The position numbers and the translations under genes are program-made. Positions 1-9,156 of a DNA stretch of 64,000 nt are shown here, one piece after another. This DNA comes from Candidatus Eiseniibacteriota bacterium (GTDB taxonomy: Bacteria > Eisenbacteria > RBG-16-71-46 > DASYSL01): positions 407 to 64,406 of the forward strand of contig JANPEF010000011.1 of the NCBI GenBank assembly GCA_031431875.1. Reading direction: 5' to 3'. The first letter of the stretch is position 1. Every line of letters starts with the position of its first letter. A model generated the notes under the pieces. The model worked only from the letters and a program-made list of their open reading frames with translations, made no database searches and was not told where the DNA came from.

Positions 1-432
1 GCGGGCGGTGTCGCGCAGCTGGCGATGGTGGCGCCACGACTGGGCGACCGTGCGATCACCGCCGTATACAAGGGCAATGGTCGACTCTTCGGGAGCATCT
101 CGGCCACGGGCGTCCACCACGTGATCGCGCCCGTTTCGGTGGACGTCCCCGCGGTTGCGACGCTCACGCTCAGGCTCGAGGGTGTCCGCCCGAATCCGAC
201 GGTCGCGGGCCGCATGGCGGTCACGTTCGTGCTGCCGGTGGCGGGGCCGGCCCGACTCGAACTCGTGGACGTTGCTGGCCGCCGGGTCGCGCAGCTCGAG
301 GTCGGGTCGCGCGGCGCGGGGCGGCACGTCGTCAACCTCGCGGAGGGACGTTCACTCCCTTCCGGGATTTATCTTGTGAGCCTGGCGCAGGGCGGCGTCC
401 GGCGCACCGCGCGGGTGATTGTCCTCGACTAA
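1..432 (+). CDS. 3' end of a secreted protein; only the C-terminal FlgD-Ig-like sorting-type domain is in the window
   Basis: The frame is open from the window edge to a stop at 430-432. The tail motif is PNPTVAGRMAVTFVLP...LELVDVAGRRV...GIYLVSL...RVIVLD. The same domain architecture recurs on three other secreted proteins in this window. Confidence 0.55.
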   Translation, partial: AGGVAQLAMVAPRLGDRAITAVYKGNGRLFGSISATGVHHVIAPVSVDVPAVATLTLRLEGVRPNPTVAGRMAVTFVLPVAGPARLELVDVAGRRVAQLEVGSRGAGRHVVNLAEGRSLPSGIYLVSLAQGGVRRTARVIVLD

Positions 433-441
433 CCTGCGCGT

Positions 442-2691
442 CTAACGACGGCCACCGCCACCGCGGCCTCCGCCACCGCGGCTTCCGCTGGAGCCCGATC
501 CGCCGCGCGACCCTCCGTACGACGACCGGTTCGCGCCCTGCTGGCGCGCCTGCGCGTCGCGATTGAGGTTCGCGGGCGCGGGACGCGTGCTCGGTTGCGC
601 CGGACGCGTGCTCGGCGTCGCGGGACGCGTTCCCGCCGCCGGCTGCGACGGCCGCGTGGCTGCGCCGCCCTGCGAGGACTTCCATTGCCCGTTGTCGCGC
701 GACTGCCAGCCGTCGGACGTCTGCCGGTGCACGTTGCCGTCACGGTCGGCGTAGACGTTGTTGGGTCCTTTCGCCACGCGGTCGGCCTTCTGCCGGCTTG
801 CGTCGCGCTGCTTCGCCGCGGGCGCGACGCGATCGCGTGTGCCGGCATTGTTGTAGAGACTGTTCGCCGGGCGCGTCGCCACGCCGGCGCCACCTGCGCC
901 GTAGGGAGTGGGCCGTGCGCCGGGGTGTCCGTAGCCGGGCCCGCCGTAACCCGGACCGCCATACCCGGGCCGATGACCCGGCGGGTAATACGGCGGACGA
1001 TATCCACCGGGCGGGTAGCAACCGGGCGGACGATAGTATCCCCCCGGCGGATAGCCCGGACGATAGTAGCCGCCGTAGCCACCGCCGAACGACATGCCGA
1101 CCGACATGAAGCCCACGCTGTAGCTGAATCCCATCGACCAGCCGTACCACGGGTTGTAACCGACGTGCATGCCCCACGTCGGGTGGTAGGGGTAGTAGCC
1201 GCCCGGCCCCCAGTACGGCGGATAGTGCCAGCCCGTGCCGTAGATCGGGGTTCCGTACCATGGGTAGGACCACATGTACCCCGGGGTGTAGCCGACGTAG
1301 ACGACGCTCGGGGTCGACTCGTACACGGTGACGTACGTCACGTTGTAGACGGGCTCCGACGGCGGGATCTTCTTGATCTCCTCGCTCGGGATGCTGTCGG
1401 CGATCGCCCACGGACCGGTGGCCGATCCCGAGACGAACCACACCGCGTTGTCGCAGGCGTAGTACTTCCCGTCGACGCGAAGGATCTGCGACGACGTATT
1501 GGTCGCGTACTCGACCTTCGTGCCGGTGACGCTCTTGAACTGCGGCGTGCCGTCGTACTTCGCCTCGAACTTCGCCGTGCTGCGATCGATCGCCGCGGTC
1601 TGCGGGACTTGCGCGTCGAGCATCGCCTCCTCGGCCTCGGGCGTCCCCGCGACGGAGACGCGTGCGCCGGCCAGGTCCGACTCCGGTGGAATGTCCTTGA
1701 AGCTCACCGGGAGCTGGTCCGGGCGCACGATGGCCCACGGCCCGTCGAGCGCGCGCGCCGCGAACCAGCGACCCGAGATGAGGACGAACACGCGGTCCGA
1801 AGCGACCTCGCGCACGACGGGGGTCTCCGAGTTCGCGATGTACAGGAGCTCGCCCTTGCCGATCGGCGTCCACGAGGGTTTCCCGTCGGTCGCGATCAAC
1901 TCGGTCGGCTCGGTCGCGACGACGATGCGCGGCGGCTTTGCGGGCGCGGGCGCCGACGAGGTGTCGGGCGGCACGAGCTTCGTGATCGTCTCCGGTGGCT
2001 TCGCGCCGGATGTCCACGGACCCTTCGGATCGCGGGCGCTGTACCAGAACTCTCCGCCGCCCAGCCAGTAGGTGCCGCTGGACTTGTCCTTGATCACCGC
2101 GAAGGTTGCGTTGGCAACCTGCTGCAGGTTCGAGTTCGGGATGTCCACGCCGCGCGGCTCGCCGTCGTACAGCAGGAGCTCGGCCAGCTCCTCGACGAAG
2201 ACGATCTTCGGCGGATCCTGCTTGAGGCCCTCGAGGCTCTGCTGTTCGAGCTCGGCCGTGGCCAGCGAGGCCGTGAGCCGCTCGAGCGAGATCGGGAGCA
2301 CGAGGTCCTTCCACAGCGTCGTCAGGTAGGCGGAGAGCTCCTGTTCGCCCTTCGCCGAGCTCTCCGGCCAGCGGGCCTTTGTGACGACGATGTCGCGGAC
2401 GACCGAAGTCTCCGCATCGCGGTCGGTCTCGACGCGGGAATTGAACCAGAAGACGCCGAACACGGGGGCGGACTTGCCGGGACCCAGCAATGAAAGCGCA
2501 GCGCGGCCCTGCAGGAGGTTCCCGCTGAACTTCTCGGGCTGCGGCTGGTACACGGTGAAGACGCCCTTGTCCGTCTTGATCTCGCGCGGCCAGGTGTTGT
2601 CGGTGGCGATCGCGGGCAGGACCAGGAGCAGGAGGGCGGAGAGGGCCAGCAGGCCCGGGGTGAAGCGCCGCAGCGATGCGGACATGGGCAC
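442..2691 (-). CDS. secreted hypothetical protein (749 aa) with a Gly/Tyr/Pro-rich low-complexity C-terminal tail
   Basis: N-terminal signal peptide MPMSASLRRFTPGLLALSALLLLVLPAIA. A globular N-terminal region of ~480 aa is followed by GYYRPGYPPGGYYRPPG..GYGGPGYGGPGYG repeats and TRPATPSTRPAQPSTRPAP repeats. Confidence 0.6.
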   Translation of the reverse strand: MPMSASLRRFTPGLLALSALLLLVLPAIATDNTWPREIKTDKGVFTVYQPQPEKFSGNLLQGRAALSLLGPGKSAPVFGVFWFNSRVETDRDAETSVVRDIVVTKARWPESSAKGEQELSAYLTTLWKDLVLPISLERLTASLATAELEQQSLEGLKQDPPKIVFVEELAELLLYDGEPRGVDIPNSNLQQVANATFAVIKDKSSGTYWLGGGEFWYSARDPKGPWTSGAKPPETITKLVPPDTSSAPAPAKPPRIVVATEPTELIATDGKPSWTPIGKGELLYIANSETPVVREVASDRVFVLISGRWFAARALDGPWAIVRPDQLPVSFKDIPPESDLAGARVSVAGTPEAEEAMLDAQVPQTAAIDRSTAKFEAKYDGTPQFKSVTGTKVEYATNTSSQILRVDGKYYACDNAVWFVSGSATGPWAIADSIPSEEIKKIPPSEPVYNVTYVTVYESTPSVVYVGYTPGYMWSYPWYGTPIYGTGWHYPPYWGPGGYYPYHPTWGMHVGYNPWYGWSMGFSYSVGFMSVGMSFGGGYGGYYRPGYPPGGYYRPPGCYPPGGYRPPYYPPGHRPGYGGPGYGGPGYGHPGARPTPYGAGGAGVATRPANSLYNNAGTRDRVAPAAKQRDASRQKADRVAKGPNNVYADRDGNVHRQTSDGWQSRDNGQWKSSQGGAATRPSQPAAGTRPATPSTRPAQPSTRPAPANLNRDAQARQQGANRSSYGGSRGGSGSSGSRGGGGRGGGGRR
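880..1090 (-). repeat. coding low-complexity repeat (Gly/Tyr/Pro-rich; degenerate cggacgatagta-type units)
   Basis: Repetitive ccgggcgg/acgatagta units are visible in the DNA. They translate to the YYRPGYPPGG repeats of the 442..2691 protein. Confidence 0.5.
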
Positions 2692-2926
2692 GCTCCATGG
2701 GGTCGCGGGAAAGGAATCGGAGATTCGGCCGCAGTGTAGGGTGTTTCCTTTCCGGAGTCATCGGGCGCAACATCCTCGCTGCCGTCGACGTCGCGATCGA
2801 CGGCCCACTCGGCCTCGGGGTGGCGTCGGGGCGGGACAGGGTCTAATATGTGGGTAATCCACGCGCATCCCACCTGACCGGCTCTCCACGGGCAGGGGAC
2901 CTGCATCCTCGATCTCGGAGCCACGA

Positions 2927-4540
2927 ATGTCCTGTCCCCCGGTCCCTGCCGCCCTTCTGACCCTCGGGCTTGTTCTCGTCGCGGTCCGCGACTCCGGAGC
3001 CCAGTGCATCCTCGCCAATCCCAGCTTCGAGCTGGTCGGCTCGGCCGGCCAGGTCTTCGGGGGCTGGAGCCAGTTCGGTCCGGTGGGCTCGACGACGAAC
3101 GCGCCGCACGGCGCCAGGGCCGCCCGCATCACCGGCCCGAATACCGGCAACTGGGACGTCGCAGGCTACTGGCAGCAGCAGACCACGACGCCGGGCCGGC
3201 GCTGGGCGGCGTCGGTGCGCGGCTGGCACTCGCCCGCGAAGCCGCTGACCGGGGGGGCGAAGGCGATCCTCAACATCGAGTGGCGCAACTCGGGCGGGGG
3301 ACTGATCAGCTACGAGTCGCACACCGTTGCCGGTTCGTCGACGCCGCTCGACGTGATCCAGGACTTCTCCGTCGAGAGCGCGCCGGCGCCCGCCGGCACC
3401 GTGGCGGTGCGCATCCTGCTCGGCGCGCTTCAGGGCCCGACCGACGCGACGCCCGACGTGTTCTTCGACCAGGTGCGCTTCGAGGACCTGGGGCCGCCGC
3501 CGCTGGCCGCCGCGCAGTGGGGCGACTTTCCAGGAGGGCGCTCCGTCGCGTTCAGCGGCCGCAACTGGCGCGTCAAGGGACCCGGATTCTACGGCCCCGG
3601 ACCGAACCTGTTCTCCGACGGCACAGCCAACCTGTGGGTCGACCTCAATGACCAGATGCACCTGACGGTGAAGCAGGTCAGTAGCCAGTGGTACAGCACC
3701 GAGGCCGTGCTCGAGGAGGTCCTCGGCTACGGCGACTATATCTTCACGACGGTCGGTGACCTCGACACGCTGCATCCGAGCGTCGTCTTCGGGCTCTTCA
3801 TCTGGCAGTACGGGCCGTGCTACGACGGCGCGTACCTGTGGTGGAATCCCTACAACGAGATCGATGTCGAGTTCAGCCGCTGGGGCAACCCGGCGAGCGA
3901 CCTCGGCCAGTTCGTCGCCCAGCCGTACGACTATCCCGGGAACATCCATCGCTTCCCGGCGACGTTCAGCCCGGGCGAGCGCACCAGCCACGCGTTCCTC
4001 TGGATGCCCGATCGCGTCGAGTACCGCAGCTGGCGCGGCGGGCCGAACGACGAGTCCCCCGGGAGCCTGATCCGCGCGTGGACCTATGCGGGGCCGCACA
4101 TCCCGCGACCCGAGATCCCACGCGTGCACGTCAACCTGTGGCGGGCCGCCGGGACGCCGACGACCACGCAGGAGGTCGTCCTCGAGGCGTTCACGTTCAA
4201 GCAGCCGTGCTTCGATCCGCCGTGCATCGTCGGTGTGCCCGATGACCCGGCGGGCGACGCGGCTGTCGGCGACGTCGCGCGCGCGTGGCCGAACCCGTTC
4301 AACGCCAGCACCACGATCCGCTACGTGTTGCCTGCTCCGGGAGAGCGCGACCTCGCGATCTACGACGTCGCCGGTCGGCACGTGCGTTCACTGGCATCGG
4401 GCACGGTCGTGGCCGGCGAGCAGCAGGCGGTGTGGGACGGGCGGGACGACGCGGGGAATCGCGTCTCGCCGGGTGTCTACCTGTACCGGCTGCGCACGGA
4501 CAGCGGCGTGCAGAGCCGCCGCGTCGTCTACCTGCGCTGA
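2927..4540 (+). CDS. secreted CBM4/9-like + GH16-like (ExDxE) beta-glucanase-like protein with C-terminal FlgD-Ig-like domain
   Basis: Signal peptide. An ANPSFE motif typical of CBM4_9 N-termini. NEIDVEFSRWG resembles the GH16/XET EIDFEF catalytic strand. The C-terminus WPNPFNASTTIRYVLP...IYDVAGRHV...WDGRDDAGNRVSPGVYLYRL is a FlgD-Ig-like tail. Confidence 0.6.
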   Translation: MSCPPVPAALLTLGLVLVAVRDSGAQCILANPSFELVGSAGQVFGGWSQFGPVGSTTNAPHGARAARITGPNTGNWDVAGYWQQQTTTPGRRWAASVRGWHSPAKPLTGGAKAILNIEWRNSGGGLISYESHTVAGSSTPLDVIQDFSVESAPAPAGTVAVRILLGALQGPTDATPDVFFDQVRFEDLGPPPLAAAQWGDFPGGRSVAFSGRNWRVKGPGFYGPGPNLFSDGTANLWVDLNDQMHLTVKQVSSQWYSTEAVLEEVLGYGDYIFTTVGDLDTLHPSVVFGLFIWQYGPCYDGAYLWWNPYNEIDVEFSRWGNPASDLGQFVAQPYDYPGNIHRFPATFSPGERTSHAFLWMPDRVEYRSWRGGPNDESPGSLIRAWTYAGPHIPRPEIPRVHVNLWRAAGTPTTTQEVVLEAFTFKQPCFDPPCIVGVPDDPAGDAAVGDVARAWPNPFNASTTIRYVLPAPGERDLAIYDVAGRHVRSLASGTVVAGEQQAVWDGRDDAGNRVSPGVYLYRLRTDSGVQSRRVVYLR

Positions 4541-7500
4541 GGGTCCGGCGCAGTCACGCGCACGTCGATCCGCACGATCTCGCCGCTGCGCCCGAGCAAC
4601 GCCTGGCTCTCCTCGATCGTGAGCCGGTCGCCCGGGCGGGGCTCGGCAGCGCCGCCGCGCATGGTGACGCGAATCGTGCCGTTGCCCTCGCCCTGCTCGT
4701 AGACGACGGGCACCTGGCAGAACGTGAAGGCGAGGGACCCCGCGGGGACTGCGATCGCGTTCGCCGCACCGGCCACGTCGATGCACGAGAAGGTCGAAGC
4801 CTCGGCCAGGTACTCCCCGGCCGGGAGCATCGTCGGCGCGAAGCGCACGAGGCCGCCCTCGACCCGCACGCCGAGCTCGCCGAAGCGCGTGAGAATCTCC
4901 TCCTTCACCTGGCCCGTCATGCCCGGCTGCTGCGCGCCGGCGTGACGCGGCGTGTGTGAATACGGGTCGGTGGGGAATGCGCCGTACTCGGCGGGCGTGC
5001 GCGCGTACCCCAGCCCGCCACGGATTCGCTCGTAGGCCTCGCGGAGCGCCGCGCGGACGTCCGGTGCCGCGCCCGCGTCGTTCGCCCGCCCGACCAGCTC
5101 CTGCACGGCAAGCAGCAGCTTGGCGACCATGTGCCAGTAGATGCAGCCCAGGCCCTCGTAGCCGTACATCGTGCCCGAGCGACCGGTGAACGAGTGGTGG
5201 TGGAACACCGCTTCGAACGCGTCGAGCACCGCCGCGCGATCCCGTGCCACTGCGTCGCGCCACGGCTCCTGTGCGGCCAGCCGATCGAGCGCTGCCGCCA
5301 CCTCGCGCGCGTTCGTGAAGTCGGCATGGAAGCGGCATGCGCCCTGCGCATCTCTGGCCACGATCGATCGCTCGCCGGCGGCGACGAACGCGGCCAGCAG
5401 AGGCACGCTCCGGACGCACGCCTCGGGGATCACGTTGCGCTCGAGGAACGTGGGCAGCGCGCGCTCAGGGTAGAGCAGGAGGCTCTTCTGGTCGGCGCGG
5501 TACAGTGGGCCGGCAAACATCGTCTCGAGCAGCGTGACTGCCTCGGCCGGGTCGACGAGCCCCGAACCCAGGGCCGCGACCTGTCCCTCGAGCATCACGT
5601 CGAGACGGTGCAGGGCGGCCCCGTCGCCCGTGTCGCCCACGGCGCTCAGCGCCAGCAGGTTGTAGGCGTGATAGAGCCCGTCGGGCCGGCGGTTGGCGCG
5701 GATCGCGTGATCGATCCACTCCCGCGCCAGGCTGCACAGTGCGAGAACGTCGCCAGAGTGCAGCAGCGTCGGCGCGCCGAGCCCGTGGCGGTCGACCCTC
5801 GTCCGATAGGTCTCGAAGGCGCGGCCCAGCGCGTCCATCACCAGGCGCCGATCTCGATCATCGAGCGTCGGCACGGCGAGCAGTCCGCGGTGCGCGATGA
5901 GGATGCCGCCGATCGCACGAAACCAGACCTCGACCGCGCCCGAGACCGGGCACGATAGGTCGGCGCGCTGCGCCAGCAGATCATCGAGGACGCCGAGGTG
6001 CCGGCGGAGCTGGTACACGGTGACCATCGACAGCCCATCGCCCACGAGCGCGTTGTTCGCGTCGTTCCACTCGGGCCGCTGCGTGTTCATCCAGATGCCG
6101 CCGTCGGGCACCAGGTTCGACAGCTTGGACAGCACCGGGACGAGCAGCTTCTCGAGCAGGTTGACGCGCAGCACCGCCCCGTCGCCGTCGGTGACCAGCT
6201 TGCCGTCGCTGCCCAGCGCCGCGACACGCGCGTCGACGCGCGCCGCGACGTCGGTGGCGAAAGTGATCGTCGCGCGCGGGTCCGCGACGATCGCGGCGTA
6301 AGGCTCAAGCCGGTAGGGCACGTCGGCATAGCTGAAGATCGCGCGATCGAGCAGTGCGGCGAGCGTGCCGGGCGCGAAGCGCTCCTGCGCCTCGAGCAGC
6401 CGCGACAGGTAGACGATCTGGTGGTCGCCCCAGTAGCCGAGGCCGCTCCACGGGTGGTGCGGATCGATCACCTCCCAGTCGATGCCGTCGCGCGTGATGC
6501 GGTACGGATTGAAGCCGTCGGTGGTCGATGCGTTGACGAAGCGCGCGATCATCCCCGGCAGGAAGCCCGGGAAGCTGAGGCCGAGCGCCTCCCAGTTCTG
6601 GAAGATGTCGCGCCAGTTGCCCTCGTAGCGCAGCGCGCGGCTGCCGGTTTCGTCACGGACCTCGATGCGGAAGCGATTCCACGGCCGGCTCGGATCGCCG
6701 TGGCGGCGGCCGAAGTAGAGCGGCAGGTACTCGAGGCTCGCGCGCTCCAGGTCGGCGTCGCCGCTCGCTGCGGACCACGCAGCGAGTTCGCGGATCGTGA
6801 TCGTGGCCGGCAGCGCGCGGAGCCGCTCCTCGTGGCGCGCGGCCAGCGGCCGGTTGCGCGCGTGCAGGTAGGTTGCGAAGTCCGCCGCGGGCACGTCGTG
6901 GCCGTGATCGAAGACGCCCCCGCGCATGGTGTTGAACAGCACGTTCGCCTGGTGGTGCGCGGTCGACACGGCGTGGGCGGTGAGCTGGAGCCCGTCCGCG
7001 CTCGCGACGATGCGCCGCAGGTTCTCCATCGCGCGGTCGAGGCTCTCCTCGATGATTCGGTCGAGATCCTCGCCCGAGGCGAGGCGGGCCCGCAGCGCGC
7101 CCAGCTCGACGTGGCCGAGGCCAACGTCGGCCACGAGGTGCCAGCGCCGCTGCGTGCGCGGGGCGAGCGTGAAGGAGGCGTGCGCGAGCACGTTGCCGCG
7201 CAGCCCGGTGAGAAGCGGCGGCTCGACTCGCGGCTCGCCGCGGCGGAAGGCCGCGATCGCGTCGAGCGACAGCGCGATGCGCGGGCGCGTCAGCCCGAAA
7301 GTCCACGCGACGTTGGCACGCAGGTGCTCGGCGGCCTCCGGCCGGTCGGTGATCCGCGAGGTGAGCGAGAACAGCACGAGCCCCGTTTCCGGGTCGCGAT
7401 CGGTCTGCTTGTAGGCGTCGACGAGCGAACTCGACTGCTGGTAGAGCGCGAGCGGAGCGCCGTGCGGCAGGACGTTGCGCAGTCCGTCGAGGACGTCGAC

Positions 7501-8001
7501 GGAGACCTCGGCCGCGCCCAGGTTCGACACGACCGCGGTGCGCACCCAGCCGAACTCGTCGCCGGCCGACCAGCGGTAGCGGAATCCGAGCTGGAGCCCG
7601 TGGTGGATCTCCTCGAACACGATGCGGTTGCCGAGGACGTTCTTGTAGAGGTTGCGCTCGAGTTGCTGGTTCTCGCCGGCGGGCTCGGCGAAGGGCTGCC
7701 ACAGGACGCCCTCACCGGCGCCGTGTCGCACGCGCAGCAGCGTGATCGGGCCCGTATGGTGATGCGCATCGTGCAGGTGGTCGACGGTCTCGTACGGAAA
7801 GAGGCTGCCGTCGGGATCGACGCGTCCGGCCGCCAGTCCGCCGGCGGAGGAGAGGAACATCCACAGGTCGGTGTCGCTGGGGATGCTCATCAGGAACGGC
7901 GGCATCCGGTCGAAGCCGGCGATCCGGTAGTATGGCTCGCCATCGAGCGACGTGAAGGCACCGGTCGGCAGCGGCGGGGCCTCCGGGCGCTCCGTGCTCA
8001 T
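4528..8001 (-). CDS. large (1157 aa) putative (alpha/alpha)6-barrel glycoside hydrolase/phosphorylase (possibly GH94/GH149/GH161-like beta-glucan phosphorylase)
   Basis: The ORF track extends to 8649, but the upstream 216 codons overlap the GH17 gene. An ATG at 7999-8001 overlaps the GH17 stop (ATGA). Motifs NWRDIFQNWEALG, WNDANNALVGDG and GYWGDHQIVYL are suggestive of (alpha/alpha)6 glycosidase/phosphorylase folds. The family call is a guess. Confidence 0.5.
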   Translation of the reverse strand: MSTERPEAPPLPTGAFTSLDGEPYYRIAGFDRMPPFLMSIPSDTDLWMFLSSAGGLAAGRVDPDGSLFPYETVDHLHDAHHHTGPITLLRVRHGAGEGVLWQPFAEPAGENQQLERNLYKNVLGNRIVFEEIHHGLQLGFRYRWSAGDEFGWVRTAVVSNLGAAEVSVDVLDGLRNVLPHGAPLALYQQSSSLVDAYKQTDRDPETGLVLFSLTSRITDRPEAAEHLRANVAWTFGLTRPRIALSLDAIAAFRRGEPRVEPPLLTGLRGNVLAHASFTLAPRTQRRWHLVADVGLGHVELGALRARLASGEDLDRIIEESLDRAMENLRRIVASADGLQLTAHAVSTAHHQANVLFNTMRGGVFDHGHDVPAADFATYLHARNRPLAARHEERLRALPATITIRELAAWSAASGDADLERASLEYLPLYFGRRHGDPSRPWNRFRIEVRDETGSRALRYEGNWRDIFQNWEALGLSFPGFLPGMIARFVNASTTDGFNPYRITRDGIDWEVIDPHHPWSGLGYWGDHQIVYLSRLLEAQERFAPGTLAALLDRAIFSYADVPYRLEPYAAIVADPRATITFATDVAARVDARVAALGSDGKLVTDGDGAVLRVNLLEKLLVPVLSKLSNLVPDGGIWMNTQRPEWNDANNALVGDGLSMVTVYQLRRHLGVLDDLLAQRADLSCPVSGAVEVWFRAIGGILIAHRGLLAVPTLDDRDRRLVMDALGRAFETYRTRVDRHGLGAPTLLHSGDVLALCSLAREWIDHAIRANRRPDGLYHAYNLLALSAVGDTGDGAALHRLDVMLEGQVAALGSGLVDPAEAVTLLETMFAGPLYRADQKSLLLYPERALPTFLERNVIPEACVRSVPLLAAFVAAGERSIVARDAQGACRFHADFTNAREVAAALDRLAAQEPWRDAVARDRAAVLDAFEAVFHHHSFTGRSGTMYGYEGLGCIYWHMVAKLLLAVQELVGRANDAGAAPDVRAALREAYERIRGGLGYARTPAEYGAFPTDPYSHTPRHAGAQQPGMTGQVKEEILTRFGELGVRVEGGLVRFAPTMLPAGEYLAEASTFSCIDVAGAANAIAVPAGSLAFTFCQVPVVYEQGEGNGTIRVTMRGGAAEPRPGDRLTIEESQALLGRSGEIVRIDVRVTAPDPQRR

Positions 8002-9155
8002 GGCCGCGGCGCTCCGCCCAGCGCCGGTTTCGGCGTCCGGTCGGCGCGGTACAGGCCCCAGTGCTTCTCGACCTCGGCGGGATCGCCGCCGCCCTTCCAG
8101 TTCTCGTCGAAGGCCTCGAACACGAACGTCGGGATGCGCTCGCGCTCGACCCACGCGTTGAGCTCGTCGAAGAAGACCTTCTGCTCCGCCTCGCCGAGCC
8201 GGCCCTTCATCAACTTGCCCTGGTCGCCCAGGTCGTTCCGTTGCGTGGCCCAGCCAACCTCGCCGAGGATCACGGGCCGTTCCGGCTGCGCCGTGCGGAT
8301 CGAGGCGAGGGTCCGCTCCGTCCACCCCACCGCGTCCTCGAGCTGGATCCCGTTCCACAGCGGGTGCATGTGGGTCGTCACGAAATCCACCTCGCGCGCC
8401 ACGTCGCCGCTCTCGGGCTTGTTCCAGAAGTTGAAGTCGTCGGCCGTCGTCACGGGCAGGCTGGTGCGCGCGCGGACCTGGCGCAGGGCGGCGATCAGCG
8501 TGGCCGGCGGGCTGCGATGCCCGGACCAGGACACCTGTGTCTCGTTGCCGACGCAGACGGCGAGGACGATCGCCGGGTACTGCCGGGCCAGGCGCACCGC
8601 GGCGTCGATCTCGCGCTGGTTCGCCATCGAGTCCACGGGATCGATCCACAGGCCCAGCATCACCTTCATCGGGCGGCGCTCCGCATCGATGATCACCATC
8701 AGGCTCTCGGCAGGGCCCTGCGCCTGGTACACGCGGAGCAGACTCCAGTGCTTCGCCATCAGGTCGAGATCCTCGCGCAGATCGCGGCGCGATGGAGAGG
8801 CGCCGCCCGGGCGCTGCCCGTCGCGGTGGGGACCGTAGGCGACCGCGTTGCCGATCCAGCGTTCGCCGTCGAAGGGGCGGAATGGACGCACCACGAACGG
8901 CTCCTCGCGGGCGAAGGCCGTCGCGCCCGCAGCCACGGAGGCGGGCACGACTGCGGGCACGGCTGTAGGCACGGAGGCGGAGGTGGCCGGCTTCGGTGCG
9001 CCGGCGCAGCCAGCGACGACGCCGAGCACGAGGACCGCACCGAGTGCCGCTCTCAGGTCGCGCGCGGGGCGCACGAGAAATGCGCCCCGGGAAACCCGGG
9101 GCGCATCCTCGATCTTCGTGGCGCAGGATGCCCTGCGGCAGGCGGCCATGCTCAC
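7998..9155 (-). CDS. glycoside hydrolase family 17-like beta-1,3-glucanase/transglycosylase, secreted
   Basis: Signal/lipoprotein-like N-terminus. AVCVGNE (acid/base GNE) and ILGEVGWAT (GH17 nucleophile motif [LIV]-x-E-x-G-W). HWGLYRADRTPK at the C-terminus as in GH17 enzymes. Confidence 0.65.
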   Translation of the reverse strand: MSMAACRRASCATKIEDAPRVSRGAFLVRPARDLRAALGAVLVLGVVAGCAGAPKPATSASVPTAVPAVVPASVAAGATAFAREEPFVVRPFRPFDGERWIGNAVAYGPHRDGQRPGGASPSRRDLREDLDLMAKHWSLLRVYQAQGPAESLMVIIDAERRPMKVMLGLWIDPVDSMANQREIDAAVRLARQYPAIVLAVCVGNETQVSWSGHRSPPATLIAALRQVRARTSLPVTTADDFNFWNKPESGDVAREVDFVTTHMHPLWNGIQLEDAVGWTERTLASIRTAQPERPVILGEVGWATQRNDLGDQGKLMKGRLGEAEQKVFFDELNAWVERERIPTFVFEAFDENWKGGGDPAEVEKHWGLYRADRTPKPALGGAPRP

Positions 9156-9156
9156 C

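Noticed and set aside
595-2773. Long ORFs 595..2493 (+), 740..2773 (-) and 429..1082 (-) overlapping the 442..2691 secreted-protein gene
   Set aside because: Arg/Ala/Pro-rich translations are typical of alternative frames in 70% GC DNA. They have no signal, motif or RBS. The 442..2691 frame has a clean signal peptide and a domain-like sequence.
8002-8649. N-terminal 216 codons of the 1373-aa ORF 4528..8649
   Set aside because: This stretch lies entirely inside the GH17 gene in another frame and gives an Arg/Gly-rich nonsense translation. The ATG at 7999-8001 gives the classic ATGA coupling with the GH17 stop.
5998-8838. 946-aa plus-strand ORF antisense to the big GH gene, and similar antisense giants (13269..16325 -, 19002..21083 +, 28168..30402 -, 30602..32665 -, 32358..34232 -, 34735..37386 -, 38082..39488 -, 39505..40971 -, 50207..52270 -, 58938..61895 +)
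   Set aside because: These are classic GC-rich shadow ORFs opposite well-supported genes. Their translations are low-complexity (R/A/G/P/D-rich) with no recognisable motifs.
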